DNA of 64,000 nucleotides from Moniliella sp. 'wahieum' (lineage: Eukaryota), in NCBI GenBank assembly GCA_003971905.1, contig RSEE01000015.1, positions 744,001 to 808,000 of the forward strand, in the 5' to 3' direction. A model generated the notes under the pieces. That model was not told the DNA's origin and searched no databases. It saw only the letters and a program-made list of their open reading frames with translations. Every line of letters starts with the position of its first letter. Within the stretch, counting starts at the first letter, position 1. The position numbers and the translations under genes were made by a program. Shown here in pieces: positions 25,422-39,717 of the stretch.

Positions 25422-26397
25422 ATGGCGAACCAATCCAAGCTGGCTCAAAACCCGATCTTGCGGTCCTATATGGCTTCGCTGCAGGCCCACCCGCTGCAGA
25501 CCAAAATGCTGACTGCGGCCGTCTTTATGTCACTGGGCGAGGTTGTTGGCCGGCAACCTGAGTGGCATGGCCGCCATGCAGGCCAAAATGCGCCAGTCTA
25601 AGGCTGCAGGGGGTGCGAAAACCGCTCTTGGGGCGGCCAAGGAGCTTCTTGTGTCTAAGGGGTTCAACGATCGTGCGGGGAAGATGTTCATGTATGGGTT
25701 TCTTATCAATGCCCCCCTGGGCCATTTCTTGACTGGCCGGCTGCAGCGCGCGTTTGCTGGGCGCACATCCTTCCGCGCAAAGGTGCTACAGATCATTGTT
25801 GCCAACGCTACTATCAGCGTCATTGCCAACGTGATCAATCTTATTTGCATGGGCTATATCAATGGTGTTCGCACTTCCCATGGGTTGGTTCAAACGGTCA
25901 AGGTCAACTTTTGGAAGGTAATGCGCATTGCCTGGACCACCAACCCGATCAGTATCGCGGTTGCGCAGAACTACCTCCCATTGGAGCTATGGGGTAGGTC
26001 CTGATGCCATCTTTCGCCTCTCTTTCTTCGTGTACTGACTTGGTTTTGCAGAACCTTTTTCATGTTTGTCCGTTTTGTTGTTGGTGTGTGGATCAACACG
26101 GTCACCAAAAGAAGTGCGTCGTTCTTGACTTCTGTTTTCATCCAGTAATCACTGACAATTTCTCTTTTCTGGCGGCCTAGGCAAATGCAGATGGAGCGCC
26201 TGCGACAAAGCGCCAAGGACGTTCCTCCCTCCAAGGGGCTTCCAGGCAGCAAGGCAACCGATGATGGGCCACTATTACGTTTACTTATCTCACCTCAGTT
26301 TTCATGTGTTGATGTACCTGCTGTACCCGCTGTGTCTTCATCGTGTAGTTGGTCGTGGTCCTGGGGTAGCTCTGGTATTCCTTGTTGGGAGGGGTAG
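25422..26397 (+). CDS. Mpv17/PMP22-family peroxisomal membrane protein; 3' end approximate
   Basis: YMASLQAHPLQTKMLTA...KMFMYGFLINAPLGHFL...AVAQNYLPLELW...F.FV.FVVGVWINT; introns at about 25994-26051 and 26114-26180. Confidence 0.82.
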
Positions 26398-26544
26398 AGT
26401 AATAGCCGGGCAATCGTTCGTTCCGCTGTGGATCCTGGGCCGAATTAAATTCCGCTGTGCAACGTGGCGAGCGCGCCGCATTCACCCGGTCCGGGGAGTT
26501 TCGGATCCCTTACCACCATCACCTTGCCAAGGTCAGCCGCCGCG

Positions 26545-28023
26545 ATGCCACGAAAAGGCATCTTGGGCCCTTTCAAGGGACTCGATGCATTCGCTACAGT
26601 ATGTCTCTTATATTTTCCACGGCATGCTTGGACATGCCCTAGTCTAGTTTGTATATCTGACTGCTGGCTTGCCCCGGTTTCAGGCCATGGACGATGTGCG
26701 CGTACGGACGAGCACGGGCGCCCTCATCACCTTTGCCTCTGTCTTTATGATCCTAATCCTCACGCTTGGGGAGTTTCTGGACTACACAAAGGTTCATACT
26801 AAAAGCCATCTGGTTGTCGATTCGGGACGCGAGTCAAGCATGCCCATTCTTCTGGACATCTCTTTCCCTCGGGTCCCTTGTTACCGTGCGTATCTCTCAC
26901 TCCCCCTCTTTCAACCAGCAGTCGCTGATTCGTCCTTGCAGTCGTATCTCTCGATGTTGTGGACGTCTCCGGAGAAATGCAGGTCGATATTAAGCACGAC
27001 GTTGTGCGCACCCGTTTGGACAAGAATGGGAATGTGATCGATACCGGTTCTAAGGGTCTGCGTGGGGAGCTGCACGACGTTGCAGCCATGCAGGAGCCTG
27101 GGCACTGCGGAAATTGCTACGGTGGTACGCCCAAGGAGGATAGCGGGTGTTGCAACACGTGCGACGAGGTCGCGAAGCATACGCGCGCCGAGGCTGGTCT
27201 TTTCCCAACCCTGATGGGGTCGAGCAGTGTCGAGCCGAACATTGGACCGAAAAGGTGCAGAATCAAGCTGATGAGGGCTGCAATGTTGCTGGGCTCCACG
27301 TCAACAAGTTGTCGGCAACATCCAAATCTCCATGGGCCGCTCTTTCCAATCGAACCAGTGGGGGATGCAGGGGCTGGTTCCCTATTTGCAAGGAGGCAAG
27401 ATGCCCCAAGTCCATGACTTTGGCCATGTCATCAACCAGCTTTCCTTTGGGGGCGAGTCCGAGTTTGGCTATGGTTCGGGCGAAAGGCCACAAATGGTGC
27501 AGGATACCAAACGCAAACTCCAGATTCAAGACCCACTCCAGGGCGGCGAGCGCATGCCGACAAGGGTAACTTCATGTACCAATACTACATCAAGGTTGTC
27601 CCCACTGAGTACCGCAGTTTGACGGTGAGCGATTGACCACACGCCAGTACAGCGTCACTGCCTACGAGCGGGACTTGAACCCTGGTGCGAGTGCCGTTCA
27701 TGCCGCCAAGTTGGTGCTGGTTTGGTCAAGGGGGACGCGAACGATGCTCACCTGACGCTACACGGTTACCGCGGCACTGCAAGCGTGCTATTCAACTACG
27801 AGCTGGCCGCACTCAAGACGGTTCACACTGAGACGGCCCGGAGCCTGACCCACTTCCTTGGAGCGGTGTGTGCGATCGTCGGCGGCATCCTGACTCTTGG
27901 TTCCGTCGTCGATTCATACATCTACTCCAGCCGTCTGCGCTCTGTGGCTCGCACTGCCCCCGTGGGGCTCTGTCCATCGACGATGGCTTGGGCTTCGCGA
28001 GCGCGTCCGGCAAATTCTTGTAA
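26545..28023 (+). CDS. ERV46: ER-derived vesicle protein Erv46 (ERGIC3 family)
   Basis: KGLDAF, VRVRTSTGALIT, ISFPRVPC, DVSGE.Q, CGNCYGG, CCNTCDEV..AY, EGC, YQYYIKVVPT and HFLGAVCAIVGGILT; two 5' introns; frameshifts. Confidence 0.92.
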
Positions 28024-28433
28024 TCATCGTGCGTGCACATTCGGGGGAGTCAGGCCGCCGTGGTTCTTGCCATTTATGTATCTGTGGGTCTCATCTGTAC
28101 TTCTTCTTTGGAACGATAGTGTAACACTGCTCTACTTGCATGTGCTGGCCAATTGTGAGGTGGCCGATTATTGAGGAGAGATAGCTGGCCAACAAGAGTA
28201 GCTAGCTGGTGTCTAGCCTAGCAGCTCGAGGGCCGCACACGCGCCGCCGCGAATCAATGTGCTGATGCATGATGATGGATTGATGGGTGATGCACGGCGC
28301 AAGGCGCTGATGCATGACGTAACCAGTCACAATCAACTCTGCCGCCCCTAAGGTCTATGGACGTAACCCAAGCCCCAGTCGCAGATCTACTATCACCACC
28401 ACCACCTTCTCCTGCCCTCCCAAGCTCGTGTCC

Positions 28434-31308
28434 ATGCCTAGCTCCCCGCTGGTGGAGACGGACCAGGAAGAGCAGGAGCGTGAGCTCAGGCTCCTGTCCG
28501 CTTTTGATACCATCTTCCAGCACACGTCTTCTGCCTCCCCTCCCGCCGCTCCTCAAACACTAGTCACCTTGGCCCAGGCTGGGCTCGATGGGCGATGGGA
28601 CCATGGAAAGCTGAGGTCCTTGCTCTGGAAAGTGTGTTCCCTTTTCTTGTTATCACGAGTTGTCCTGCTGAAAAATGAAAAGATTTACTTTGGCCAACTG
28701 CCCCCCCCCAACAATCACCAGAACCACGACCCATTGGCGAGCGAACCACTAAGCTCCCCTATTACAGGCCCGAAGGATGAAGGGCATCCCGGAATTGCCG
28801 CATGGCAATCCAAGTGTGTATCTTGTGCAAGGTGAGAGGAGAAGGTATCACACTCAAAACGGGCGAGTCATCTGGCTAGCGTGTTACGTGCCGCGCAAGA
28901 GGCCCTTCTGAGTCCTCACTGTGAAGAGGAGACAGAAGGAGAAGAGCAAGAGACCGATCCACAGTTGGAGCTGCTCAAGTCGATTGAGAAGGACGTGGAG
29001 CGTACGTTTCCTGAAATTCGCCTTTTCTCATCCCAAGATGAGCACGACGGGGAGACCGAGGAGATGGATGCCCAGGGTTCCCAGCTGTCTGATCAGGAGG
29101 AAGAGTATCGCATGGCGTACGCTCCCACCTAACAGCCATGCTGTTTGTTTGGTCTTCAACCCATCCGGACGTGGGATATCGTCAAGGCATGCACGAACTA
29201 GCCGCAACGTGCTATTATGTGCGCTGGAAAGATCGACTGAACCTGCATGGGATGCTCTCAGCGGCATGGTTCGAGTCCTCCTGGACAAGAAGAAGTGGAG
29301 GCGGACGCATATGCATTGTTTAGCACGTTGATGGAGGGTATGAAGAAATGGTATGAGTGGAGACCCTCCTCTTCACCGGTGCTGGTTTCCACTCCAATCT
29401 TGGCCAAGTCGGCTGCGATCATGGCGCTTCTTACCAAAGTTGATCCGACATTGAGTAAACACTTGGACGAGGTGGGGGTGGAAGCTCAGCTTTTTGCCTT
29501 GCGTTGGGTCGTCTTCTCTTCACGCGTGAATTCCCGCTGGAGAATGCCTGCTGCTATGGGACGGACTGTTTGCCCACGATGCGCTTGAATCGTCCCGATC
29601 AGGAACGTTTAACGTGATTGCACTTGATGGGGCGGGATGCCCCATCACCGCATGGGTCCCGACAATGCCCTCGGCCAGAGTGGCACTCACGAAGCTAGTG
29701 AGCCGGACAAGGATGGAAGCACAAAGCTCAGGTTACTTGATGCTATTTGTGTGCCATGCTGATACGCATTCGGGTTGACATATTGGACGAAGACTATACC
29801 CAAGTCATTACGCAGCTGCTCCGTTACCCCACCCTCGAGCAGCTGTCCACGCTTCCTCTACCTCCAAAGAAGTTCAACCAACAGCGACCGAGTTTATTGG
29901 CCTCTTTGTGAAGCAAGCGGTTCAGATCTATGCCCGGCCTCAGATTGTGACGGGCGCTCAAGTGGCACGGAGAATCGACAACAATTGGGAATCCCCACTT
30001 CGGCAGAGCGTCCCCCCGCACCTCGTCCTCCCTCCCTCCGTCCTACGATGCCTCCCAAAACTGGCTTTGTCTTGCCAGAGGGCATTACCGATTTGGCCCG
30101 CGGTCTGTATGACCGTTCAGAGTCCCTGGGGCTTCAAAAGGCCGTTGGGAGCGCTGTAGCCAATATGCAGCGTACTGTATCAGCGTACGCTCACCATGCT
30201 GGCCATGCTGGCACTCGTCGTCAACGGACGGGAAACGATGGCTTTCCTGCGGCTTGGGAAGAGTTGTGCCCATCGCATCGTGCCAGGCAAATGCTTCAGT
30301 CCCATCAGTGCCCCAAAGCCCCAACAACGTGCACACTTCCCTTCCATCGTCTCCTCGTGATGCACCGGCCCGGCTGCGTGTCCTGCTGGAGAGAGACCAT
30401 GTGATGGCGTTGCAATGGGCGGCTGTATCGAAGCGTTGGAAGCCAAGTGGAAGGCGCCAGGCTCGTCAGCTGAGGCGCTTACCCCAGACGATATGGCCTC
30501 CTTGATGGCGATTACTACCCTCAAACATATCCGCGATGTTTGGCTGCCGAGGAGAGCAGCTATAACCCTGCCATCTTGGCCTCTTGGCTCACACGTACCG
30601 AGCCCGAACCTGATGCCAAGCCCAAATCCGAACCCGAACCCAAGGGTCTACCCGATCCTGCGCCCCGAACCCGAACGCGAACCCGAACCCAAGCCCAAGA
30701 CGGCGCTTACCACCGCTGCCCGCCCTCCCCTCACAATCTCTAATTCCACAGCGCTGTCCGAAGACGACACTTCTTTCTCATCTAACTCTGTACCGCTCGT
30801 GTCTGCTCCCATGCGAAGGATGCAGTCCACCCTCCGGTGCCTCGCACCACCCACCCTGTCCGTCGTGCGGCGCACATGTTTTCGTCCGCTGCGCCTTCCC
30901 CTGGGTCCGTTGTCTACCCGATTCGTGGCTTGAACCTTAGTGGGGCCGCTGCTCCCCAGAATCGTGCGTCGGGCTCTGCGGGAGGTTCAACTGCTCTTCC
31001 CGTTCCAGCCGAGTCGGGATCGTGGGGAGGGTCTGGGTCCTTTGGATCACGAAACGGTTACCCCTTCATGAACGATTGGCTGCAGTTGCGTCCCACCATG
31101 CCTCGCCTTCTCACGCTGCCTCGGTGGCCAACGCTGAGCTCAGTTCGGTCCCAATGTCTGCCCCCCCGACGCAAGAGAGAGCGCCACTCGTATCACCTCC
31201 CCCTGCAACTTCGATCGCGTCGCATCCCCTGACCAACCCCCCCAGCGACCGGGACGATCTACGCATCAGATGGCTGTTACGGGTGACGATCCGTTGGGGG
31301 CGCTGTAA
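28434..31308 (+). CDS. TBC-domain Rab GTPase-activating protein (TBC1D5/Gyp6-like)
   Basis: LRSLLWK, IEKDVERTFP (R-finger), GYRQGMHEL (Q-finger), EADAYALF and VEAQLFALRW; C-terminal DDPLGAL-stop; many frameshifts. Confidence 0.85.
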
Positions 31309-31559
31309 ATGCCGCCTCGGCCTGCCCTTTTGCTTGCTATTACCGTCATCTTTTTCCCTTTCCATACTTGGTTGGTAGTGAACATGCGTCGATCTTCTCA
31401 TCATACTTTTTTGGGGGTGACCTTGTTGCCCAGTTGGACTCTTATCTCCGTATGGAGACGGGAGCAACGTTAGATGATGGATCCATCAGTTGCTGTAGAG
31501 TGCAGGGTACGCGTTGGGGCATTGCTGCGTCTTACGGGATCCGCTGCAGAGCAGGCTTC

Positions 31560-31598
31560 AGGAAAGGCGTCACTGTAGGAAAGGCGTCACTGTAGGAA
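31560..31598. repeat. 17-bp tandem duplication
   Basis: aggaaaggcgtcactgt repeated twice, then aggaaa. Confidence 0.8.
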
Positions 31599-31928
31599 AA
31601 GTAATGCGGCACATCTGTCTTCAAATGTCTGAAGGGAAGGAGATATGAGAAGAGACAACTATACTCGTACTGAGTACTGACTCAGGCCGAGCGTTAAGGC
31701 TTCAGGGAGGAAGAGTAATGCATAAAGCTGAGCGAGTCGAGGAGGTAAATGTGCACATGGATTCCACGGATCCGGACAGAAGTAGGGTCTGATGAAGGAT
31801 CTGATGAAAAAACTAGGACGAGGATTGGGATGGGGATGGGGATGGGGAGCAACAGGTATGCAGGTGAGCAACCATTGCAAGGAAACAAAACAAACAGCGA
31901 TAATTCTTTGGCCACGTTGGCTGGCGCG

Positions 31929-34900
31929 TCAAGAGGGGGAAGAGTGCTCCGTAGTAGACTGGAAATGGACTGGCCATCGCGTAAAGTGATTTCGCCTCAT
32001 CCACCGACGAGAAAGGGTCAAGCGAGGGTCCAAGAGGCGGGACCAGAGAGAGCCCCGGTTCAAGCTGCTGGCGGCGGCGGGGAAGAGGTTTGTCCTCCTG
32101 TGGGAAGGGAGGTAAATCCGACTCATCCCCCTCCCCGTCCCCGTCCCCGTCCCCGTCCACTTCTTCTCTTCTCTTTCTCCTTCTGCTCCCCCCTCCAGGT
32201 CGAGGTGAGTCAAGATGGGCTCCCACTCTCTCCGCGAGAGGGTGGGAGGGCGACGAGACCGGGTGGCCCGATCCACCTGGTCCAGCAGGCCGTCCGGCAA
32301 GAGCGGCCACGGCCGCATCCGCCGCCCAAGGCGAAGCCCATGCCATGTTGGAGGAACATACTGGTTGCACTGGCTGCGCCGGCGGACGAGGCCCCGGACA
32401 AGACCGAAGCCAGCTCCGAGTCTTCGTCGACCGACATGATCGCCGACGAAGGCCGACTGCTTGCTTTCCCCCCCTCGGCGCGAGGGGGGCAGCAGAGAGC
32501 GCGAGACCCGTACCACAAAAGTGGCCCTTGCCCAGCCCCAGCGCATCCCCGGGGTCACCAGCAGCGTGTCGAGCCCCGAGGGCAGCACAACGGAAGCATC
32601 TCTCTCGAGTTGAGCATCAATGCAGCCGAGCTCGCGTCCGTCCCGGCTGGGGCAGTAGCTTGGATCGCTTCCAAAGCGGCCTGCGACCGCGGGCGAGCCA
32701 TCCATCGCCTGCGGGCCCAGGACGACCGAGCGCGTCCAGGCAGGCCGGAAATCATCAATGTTCCCGCCTGGCTCAAAGAGAGCGTCGACGGTTAATTGAG
32801 CCTCACGCACCGCCCTCTCCTCCTCGGAAAGCGGGGGGCCCAACTCTTTCTCCGGGGCGTGTAAAGCGCGAGTCGAGCGATCGGGTATTCTTAACAGGCG
32901 ACGACTCGGCAGACTGGTGCCAATCGGCTTGGAGCAGAGTGAGGTACTGGGTGCACTCGGCGTCCAGGCGAGCCTCGGTACGAGTGTAGAGGTAGTCCTG
33001 AGCAGCCCGGGCCAATTGGGGCGGGGAAAGGGCTCGGAGTTGTTGGACGGCAGCCACGAGCGCACCAAAGTCCGAAAGGCTGCTGAGAGCGACGAGCCAA
33101 GAACACAGCTGCTGAGCCGGCGCAAGATGGGTTGAAACCAGAGACGCAGGCAGTCCCGCTCGCCGTGTCCATTCCTCCAGCCCACTCAGGTTGAGACGAA
33201 TCTGGGTCGCCCGCGCACGGCAAAGATGTCTGCGACGCTCACGAGACTTTTGCGCAGGGGTGCGCAACGCCGCGCCGATTGAAGCCAAGGACGCTTGTCC
33301 TCCTGGTGGAGGCGGACCTGCAACGAGGCCCAAGATACGGTTGAACACTTCGGAGCCGAGCCAGAAGAAAACTTGGGACATTAGCTGAACAATGATCGCC
33401 GGGTTCACCTCGTACAGCTGCAGCACTTCCAACACAGAAGTCAGGAGCGCCGTAACAGTTTGAGGCGATGGCCCGGTCGGAGGTTTGACCTCTCCAGTCG
33501 AACGAACGGGGGGCGAGGTAGGCCGCGAGGGAGGCGGAGGGGTGCGAGGCATAGGTGCGGTACTGGCGGGGGGTAAAGTTAAGCGAGGTGCGTCGGCTTA
33601 GTTCCGCTGCACCAGCACTGAAAATGGTGCTGAGTGAACGAGCATGGCCCGAAGGGCGAGGAGGAGGGGGCGTTGGAGACGGGGACACATCCACCGAAGC
33701 AGAGGAAGCACCTCCGCCTGAACCGTTCGAGTCGGGATAGAAACCACGCACGGAGCTGCGCCGAGCCAATCCTTTCACGAACCCCCAAGATCCACCAGCT
33801 TGGGTTTCATCCGCCTTGGACTCGGTCGGAATCGATTCGTAGTCCAGCAGGGCCGATTCCAACACCATATCGATCCTCCGCTCCGTATCACGGATGATGA
33901 AAATGTATATCTCGTTGATAAGGTCGGTGAGCAGGGCCGGGTATGCCTCTGTCTCATCCCAGTTGCTCAAAGTTTCGTCTGCCAAGAAGTAGTAGAGTAG
34001 CAGTTGCGCGTTGGATAGCCAGAAGGCCAATGTAGTCAAGTTCTTGCCTTTATTCTGTCACGAGAAAAAGGTTAGCATTGGTCAGAATCGCTTGATAGAG
34101 AATGGGCGGCCACATACAATGACCGCATCCTCAATCTTGTCTACCGCAGCTGAGATGAGTCCCTCGAGCAAGTCGGCGTCCTGCACCCGGGCGCAGTATC
34201 GGCTCGCTAAGAAGAGGAAATTGACCGGGGCGGTGCGGGCAGACCAAGGAGCGCGAACGGGCTTGGCTTGGCCAACGATCAGGTCAACCAAGATGGGAAT
34301 ATCAGTGTACAGAAAAACAACCATCTCACTCAGGCGAACCGTGGTGAAGTCAAATTCGTCGTTCATCTCACCGAGAGTGTGGTACTCGGACAAGGCGCTG
34401 CCTGAGGACAGAGGGACATTGGTCATCACCTTGGCCTCCGAAGAGGGCATGCCCGATTTGGACCGCCGCTCCATTAGCCCCTGAGGATTTGGCTTGGCCA
34501 TGTCCTTCGGCACCGAAGACGCCAAGGACGAAGGCGGAGGTAGCCCGATCAAGGGCTCCAGCTCAACTTGCAAAATGGAAGCCACCTGAGCCAGTTCCTT
34601 TCGACGACGATCGTTGAGTTCGCGCACGCGAAGCTCGGCTTCGGCGAATTGATTGCGTTCATTCGGGTCGAGGAGCCGGCGACCACGAATGGTGCTGTTG
34701 CGAGAAGGGGTGGTTAAGGGGGTGGGTGATCCAGCTGAAAGGAAGGATACAGAGCTGGAGAAGCGTTGGTGACCACGCTTGCGCGGAGACGACATGGGAG
34801 CTGTAGGGACAGGAGAGAGGGAAGGCGATGGCGTGCGAGTGTGGGTACGGGATGAAGGAGTCTGCTGCCCTTGCGACTGATTCTCGGCACCGAGGGACGA

Positions 34901-35838
34901 GTGGGCTCGCTTCTTGGCATCCAGGACCATGTCGATGATCAGCTTGCGGTCCCGCTGAGCACGCATCTCCTCGATTACCCCCGCACTGGAATCGGGCTGA
35001 AGCTCGCGCTTGGCCGAGACGACAGCAGCGGTATGGGCATCAATTTGTTCAAAGACGATGCTGCCGGGCGGGGCAATGGCAATGAGAAAATCATCGCACG
35101 AGGTGCCGTTGGTGGAGCGCGCATCAATACTGGCGCCGCTGGCGAGGAGGAAAGAGAAGAGTGTGACGTTGGACAGGTTGGCTGCCCACAAGAGGGGGGT
35201 CCAGCCCTGCTCGTCGCGCTCATCCACGTCGGCACCAAAGGTAAGCAGCAGACGCACTGCGTCCAGATTGCCCGACGAGGCGGCCAGCACAACGGGGCCC
35301 GAGCCATTGACGTCACGCAGAAGAGGCGAGTCAAACTCGAGCACGCTCATCTTGCCGCCACTCGCAGCGGGGTCGGCCACATAGCCGTCGCGATTGACGG
35401 TGAGCGGCCGGCTTGCTCGGCCGCGGCGGACGGGAAGGAGCGGGAGGGGAGTACGTCAAGCGGGCTGGGCTTGGCAGTGGCGGAAGCAAGGCGGGGCGCA
35501 GCGAGCCAGGAAAGGAGCTCGACGTCGCCGGTGCTGGCGGCGCGGAGGAGGGCGTGGGCGAAGAGGCGGGCAAGACGCTGGGGATGGGCGCGCGCACTGG
35601 GCGACAACAGCAGCGGGTTGAGGCTGGCGACGGTAGGGGCCTGACGCAGCAGCTCGTACGCTGTGTCGGTGTCGGTGTCGGCCTCGTCCTCCTCGGCGGT
35701 CTTGTCGGCGTCGGCGGTTTGGTCGGCGAGAGCGGCGTCGCCAGCGTCGTCAGCGTCGGCAGGGCCAGCAGCGGCGGGTGGATGCGGCGAGGCGAGGCTG
35801 GCGAGGCGCGGGGCATGGGGCATGTGCGCACCACTCAT
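31929..35838 (-). CDS. Ankyrin-repeat plus DIL (dilute) domain protein, YPR089W-like; 3' end approximate
   Basis: Ankyrin motifs GPVVLAASSGNLDAVRLLL.FGADVDERDEQGWTPLLWAA; DIL-type segments LAFWLSNAQLLLYY and QVFFWLGSEVFNRIL...QIRLNLSGLEEW. Confidence 0.8.
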
Positions 35839-36510
35839 GGGGTGGGGCGGGGGGCGGGACAGGGCGGGGAGCAGGGAGCAAGCGCAGCAGCTGCGGCGGC
35901 CATCGCTCGGCACAGCACAGGCGATGCTCGTGGAGCGGAGCAGGGGAGCAGGCACGCGCGGGGCTCCGGCGCACAAGGGCTGGGTGGCACAAGCGAGGTG
36001 GTGTTGCGTGTGCGCTTTGCGGCGCGTCGGGCGGCTGGCGGCGGCCGATGGGTGGCCCGCAGCGGCCCAGCAGTGCTGCCGCTGTGCTGCGCCACGCCGC
36101 CCTCCTTCGCTGCACGCTTCACGCGTCACGCGTCCCTCGCTCCACACCCGTGCACTGCGCCACGCCCCTCGATCACCACCGTAGACTCTACTCTGCAGGG
36201 GGTGCGCTTACCTAAGCCAGCACAGCCCCTCCCCTGCGTCTCGCCCATGCTTGTTTTGGGTCTGGTGCTAGCGCGGCTCGAACACACGCTGCGCCGCCGT
36301 CCCCGCTGCGCACCCCAACGGGGCGGAACGGCGCGCGATGCAGACTGCGCCAGAGGCGCACCTTTGCTGCGGCTCACGCCGCTATTCCGCCCTTATCAAC
36401 CCAATTTTCCTCGCTGGCATGCCCCGTGCCCCCTCGCCGCGTCCAACTCCAACCGCGTCGAGTCAGCCCGCACCCCGTCCAGCTCCCCGCATCCGCTACC
36501 CCTTCCCAAC

Positions 36511-38748
36511 ATGAAGTGTCCCCAGTGCGGCTCGAGCGATGTGGACCGCATGGACGGCACCCTGGTCTGCACACAGTGCGGCCACGTCCTCGGCGAGTCG
36601 GAGATTGTGAACGATGTCACGTTTGGCGAAACGTCCGCGGGAGCAGCGACGGTCCAGGGGACGCAGGTCAGTGCGTCGGGCCGCCACTCCATGGTCGGTC
36701 CCGGCGGACGCAAGTACGGCGACGGCGATGGCCGTGCAGTGACCATGATGCGTGCCGACACGGAAATTCGCGGCTTGTGCCGCCGCTGGGTGTCGAGTCG
36801 GTGCAGCTGCACCAAATGGCCTCGCGCATTTTTCAATTGGCCCTCAATATTGGCCAGGGCGCCACTCCCTTTCTCCATCCCGTCACCAATGAGGTGGACA
36901 CCGAAGGTGGCAGCGTGATCCCCGGACGCAAGTCGGAATACAGCTATGGCGCTTGCGTCTATCTTGCCCTCCGCCGCGCCAAAGTGCCCATCATGCTCAT
37001 CGAGGTGGCCGACGCCGTCAAGGTACGCAAGCCGCTTCCTTTCTTCTTCAGCCTCGGTTCGGTTGCGCGAGCTGGGTATTGACTCTTTTTCTTTCTTTTC
37101 TTGTGCCTTTTTCTTGCCCAGGTAAACGTGTTTGTTCTTGGCCGTGCGTACCTGCGCCTCACGTCGCTCCTTCGCTTTGACCCAGAGCAACGTGATCTCT
37201 CCTTGGCCGATCCATCGCTCTACATTCGCCGCTTTGCCAAGATGCTCGACTTTGGCGACGAAGAGGACAAGGTCATTCTGGATGCCACACGGCTCTGCAC
37301 CCGGTTTAAGAACGACTGGCTGGTCCAGGGCCGCCGGCCCTCGGGCATCACGGGCGCGTGCTTGCTCATCGCGGCACGGATGAACAACTTTCGTCGCTCG
37401 GTCGCCGAGATTGTGCAGGTAGTCAAGGTGGCGGATACAACACTGAAGCGTCGTCTCGACGAGTTTCGCGACACCAAAGCTGGGTCCATGTCGATTGCTG
37501 AGTTTCGGGAACTATGGGACGCGCCAGCGGAGGATGACGTGCTACCGCCTTCAACAATACGGAACCGCAAGAAAGAAGCACTCCTTCAGCAGAAAAAGGA
37601 AGAGCTTGGGATCCTGGATGAAGAAAACGCGTCCTCCTCAGGTGAGGAGGAGGAGGAGGAGGACGAGGAGGAGGAGGGGGAACAAGAACGAGAACAAGAT
37701 CAGGATCAGGAAGCCACCCAGTCCGTACTGGCCCCCCTCCAAGAAGGAAACGAAAAGTTGGAGGAACAGTTTGATGGGGCAATCGCGGGCGAAGTACAGC
37801 AATTCCTCGACTCGAATTTGCTTCGTACCGATTTGGATCTCGCGATCGAGGCGCAAAACGAACGGGAACGAAGGGCACGCATGACGGCCGCCGAACGAGC
37901 AGAGGATGTTGCACACAAGCACTTGTCCCAGGCGACGGCGGTTGACCCCTCTACCCAAGTGGGCCCGTCACAAGCGACGCTGGTGCCCACCCAGACGCAG
38001 GATGGGGAGGAGGGGCGGCAGCGCAAGCGCCGGCGCAAGTCCAGGAAGAGCAAGACACCAAAAGAAGATCAAGGCGATCCCTTTGCTGGTCTGGACGAGG
38101 AGGAGTTGGATGGCTACCTGTTGGACGAGGAGGAGCAAGCTATCAAGGAACGGGTTTGGACGGAGTTCAACAAGGAATACCTGCAACAAGCGTTGGTCAA
38201 GGCCATCAAGGAAGAGGATCTCAAGCGCGGCCTACCCCCCTCGAAAGCTATGCGTCGGAGGGGCGGGTGGTGCGGGATGCGGCGAACGCGATGGGCTCAT
38301 CGGCTGCCGATGCGGCAACGAAGATGGTGCAGAATCGGCGGTTCAGCCAAAAGATCAACTATGCGGCGCTGGGAGATTTGTTCCCTGGGGCAGAGGACAA
38401 GAAGAAAGGCAAGCGCCGGGCATCCGGTTCGGGTGTGGCTGGATCCGAGAGAGATGGGTTGATGGACGATCCGGATGGTCTGGCAGCAGCGATGGATTAT
38501 GTCGAGGGCGACGAGTTTGATGCTGCGCTGTCAGCAGGCGAGGCAGACAACGATGGGGAACTGCCACCGGAGCATGTTCTGCGCTCGGTGCGGCCCAAGC
38601 CGCGGAAGAGTTCCAAGGCGCGGCGCGCGTCGGTTGGCCCGGCGCTGAGTGAGGCGGCGGGTCCGATGGGGAGGCGCTGGGGGTGGCGGACGACGAGGGA
38701 GCGTACGAGCATCGTGTGCACGACGCCCAGTGGAACGAGCTGGAGTGA
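36511..38748 (+). CDS. BRF1: RNA polymerase III transcription factor IIIB subunit Brf1
   Basis: Zn ribbon CPQC...CTQCG.V.E..IV..VTFGE; cyclin repeats DPSLYIRRFA, WLVQGRRPSGI.GACL.IAARMNNF and TL..RL.EF; later KERVW.EFNKEYL and FS.KINY; intron 37023-37121. Confidence 0.93.
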
Positions 38749-39717
38749 ATGTGGAATGGATTGTGGATTCGCACTCCCGTCGTCAAGCAGGATGGAGGTA
38801 GGCAGGAGATTGATACTGAGGTCTTGAGACGGTGGTTACGCTGCCCTGCCCAGCCTTGAAACTTGTCCACTGCACGAATGCTCCGGGCAGTCTCAGAGGC
38901 GATGCAGACACACGGACACAGTGCCAGGGCATGCGACGCACGTGACATGCACGAGCGTCCCCGTCATGCATCCCCACGCAGCGTCATGCATCCTGTGGCG
39001 AATAAGATCCAAGCCGAACAGAGCCGAGCAGAGCCGAGCTCAGGCGTGGAACATGGATGCAGTGGATGCATCGTCACGTGTGACATGTGACAGGCGTGAG
39101 ATGTGACGTAAAATCAGCCGACAACACCGCCCAAGCGCAGGGGTGCTGGGCATGGGCGGTGTGGCGCGGTGCAGGGGAGGCGGAGAAAGAGGGGGCAGCG
39201 CGGGGGCGCAGTGGGCGGGGCTGGGCAACGAGCCGAGGGACACTGGCGGGGTGCGCCTCCGGGCCCGAGAGGCGCATGGGCTGCCGGGGTAGCACGGGGC
39301 CAGCAAGCCGCCGGGCGCAGGGAGGGATTTTAGCCGGCGGGTGGGTGCTGCCGCCGGGCCAGCCAGGGCCAGCAGGCGGGCTAAACTGGCCGTGCAAGAG
39401 GAGGCCGGGCCGGAAGCACAATGGTTGAACGTTGATGCATGGCTTCTGGGACGAGACGGATGATGCTGACGCTGACGGATGAGATCGAGATGGCTGCTTC
39501 CAGAGCCGCTCGTGGCGTCTCTGCGTTCTGAGACGCCAGCAGTACTCAGTCTGAGTACTCAGCCCACGCCAGCACCAGCCAGCCCCTTTTGCGGCCTCTA
39601 ACGTCTAACCTCCTGCCTCCGCGCAAGCCCAGCCGAACGCCAAACGCCAAACGCCGCATCGGCGCCCTCAGGCCTCCCCCCCACCACCGCCTCCCACCCC
39701 GCCCCCCGCCGCCCACC

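Noticed and set aside
29268..29278. GGTTCGAGTCC, a tRNA T-arm/B-box-like motif
   Set aside because: It lies inside the TBC coding region and no cloverleaf can be built around it.
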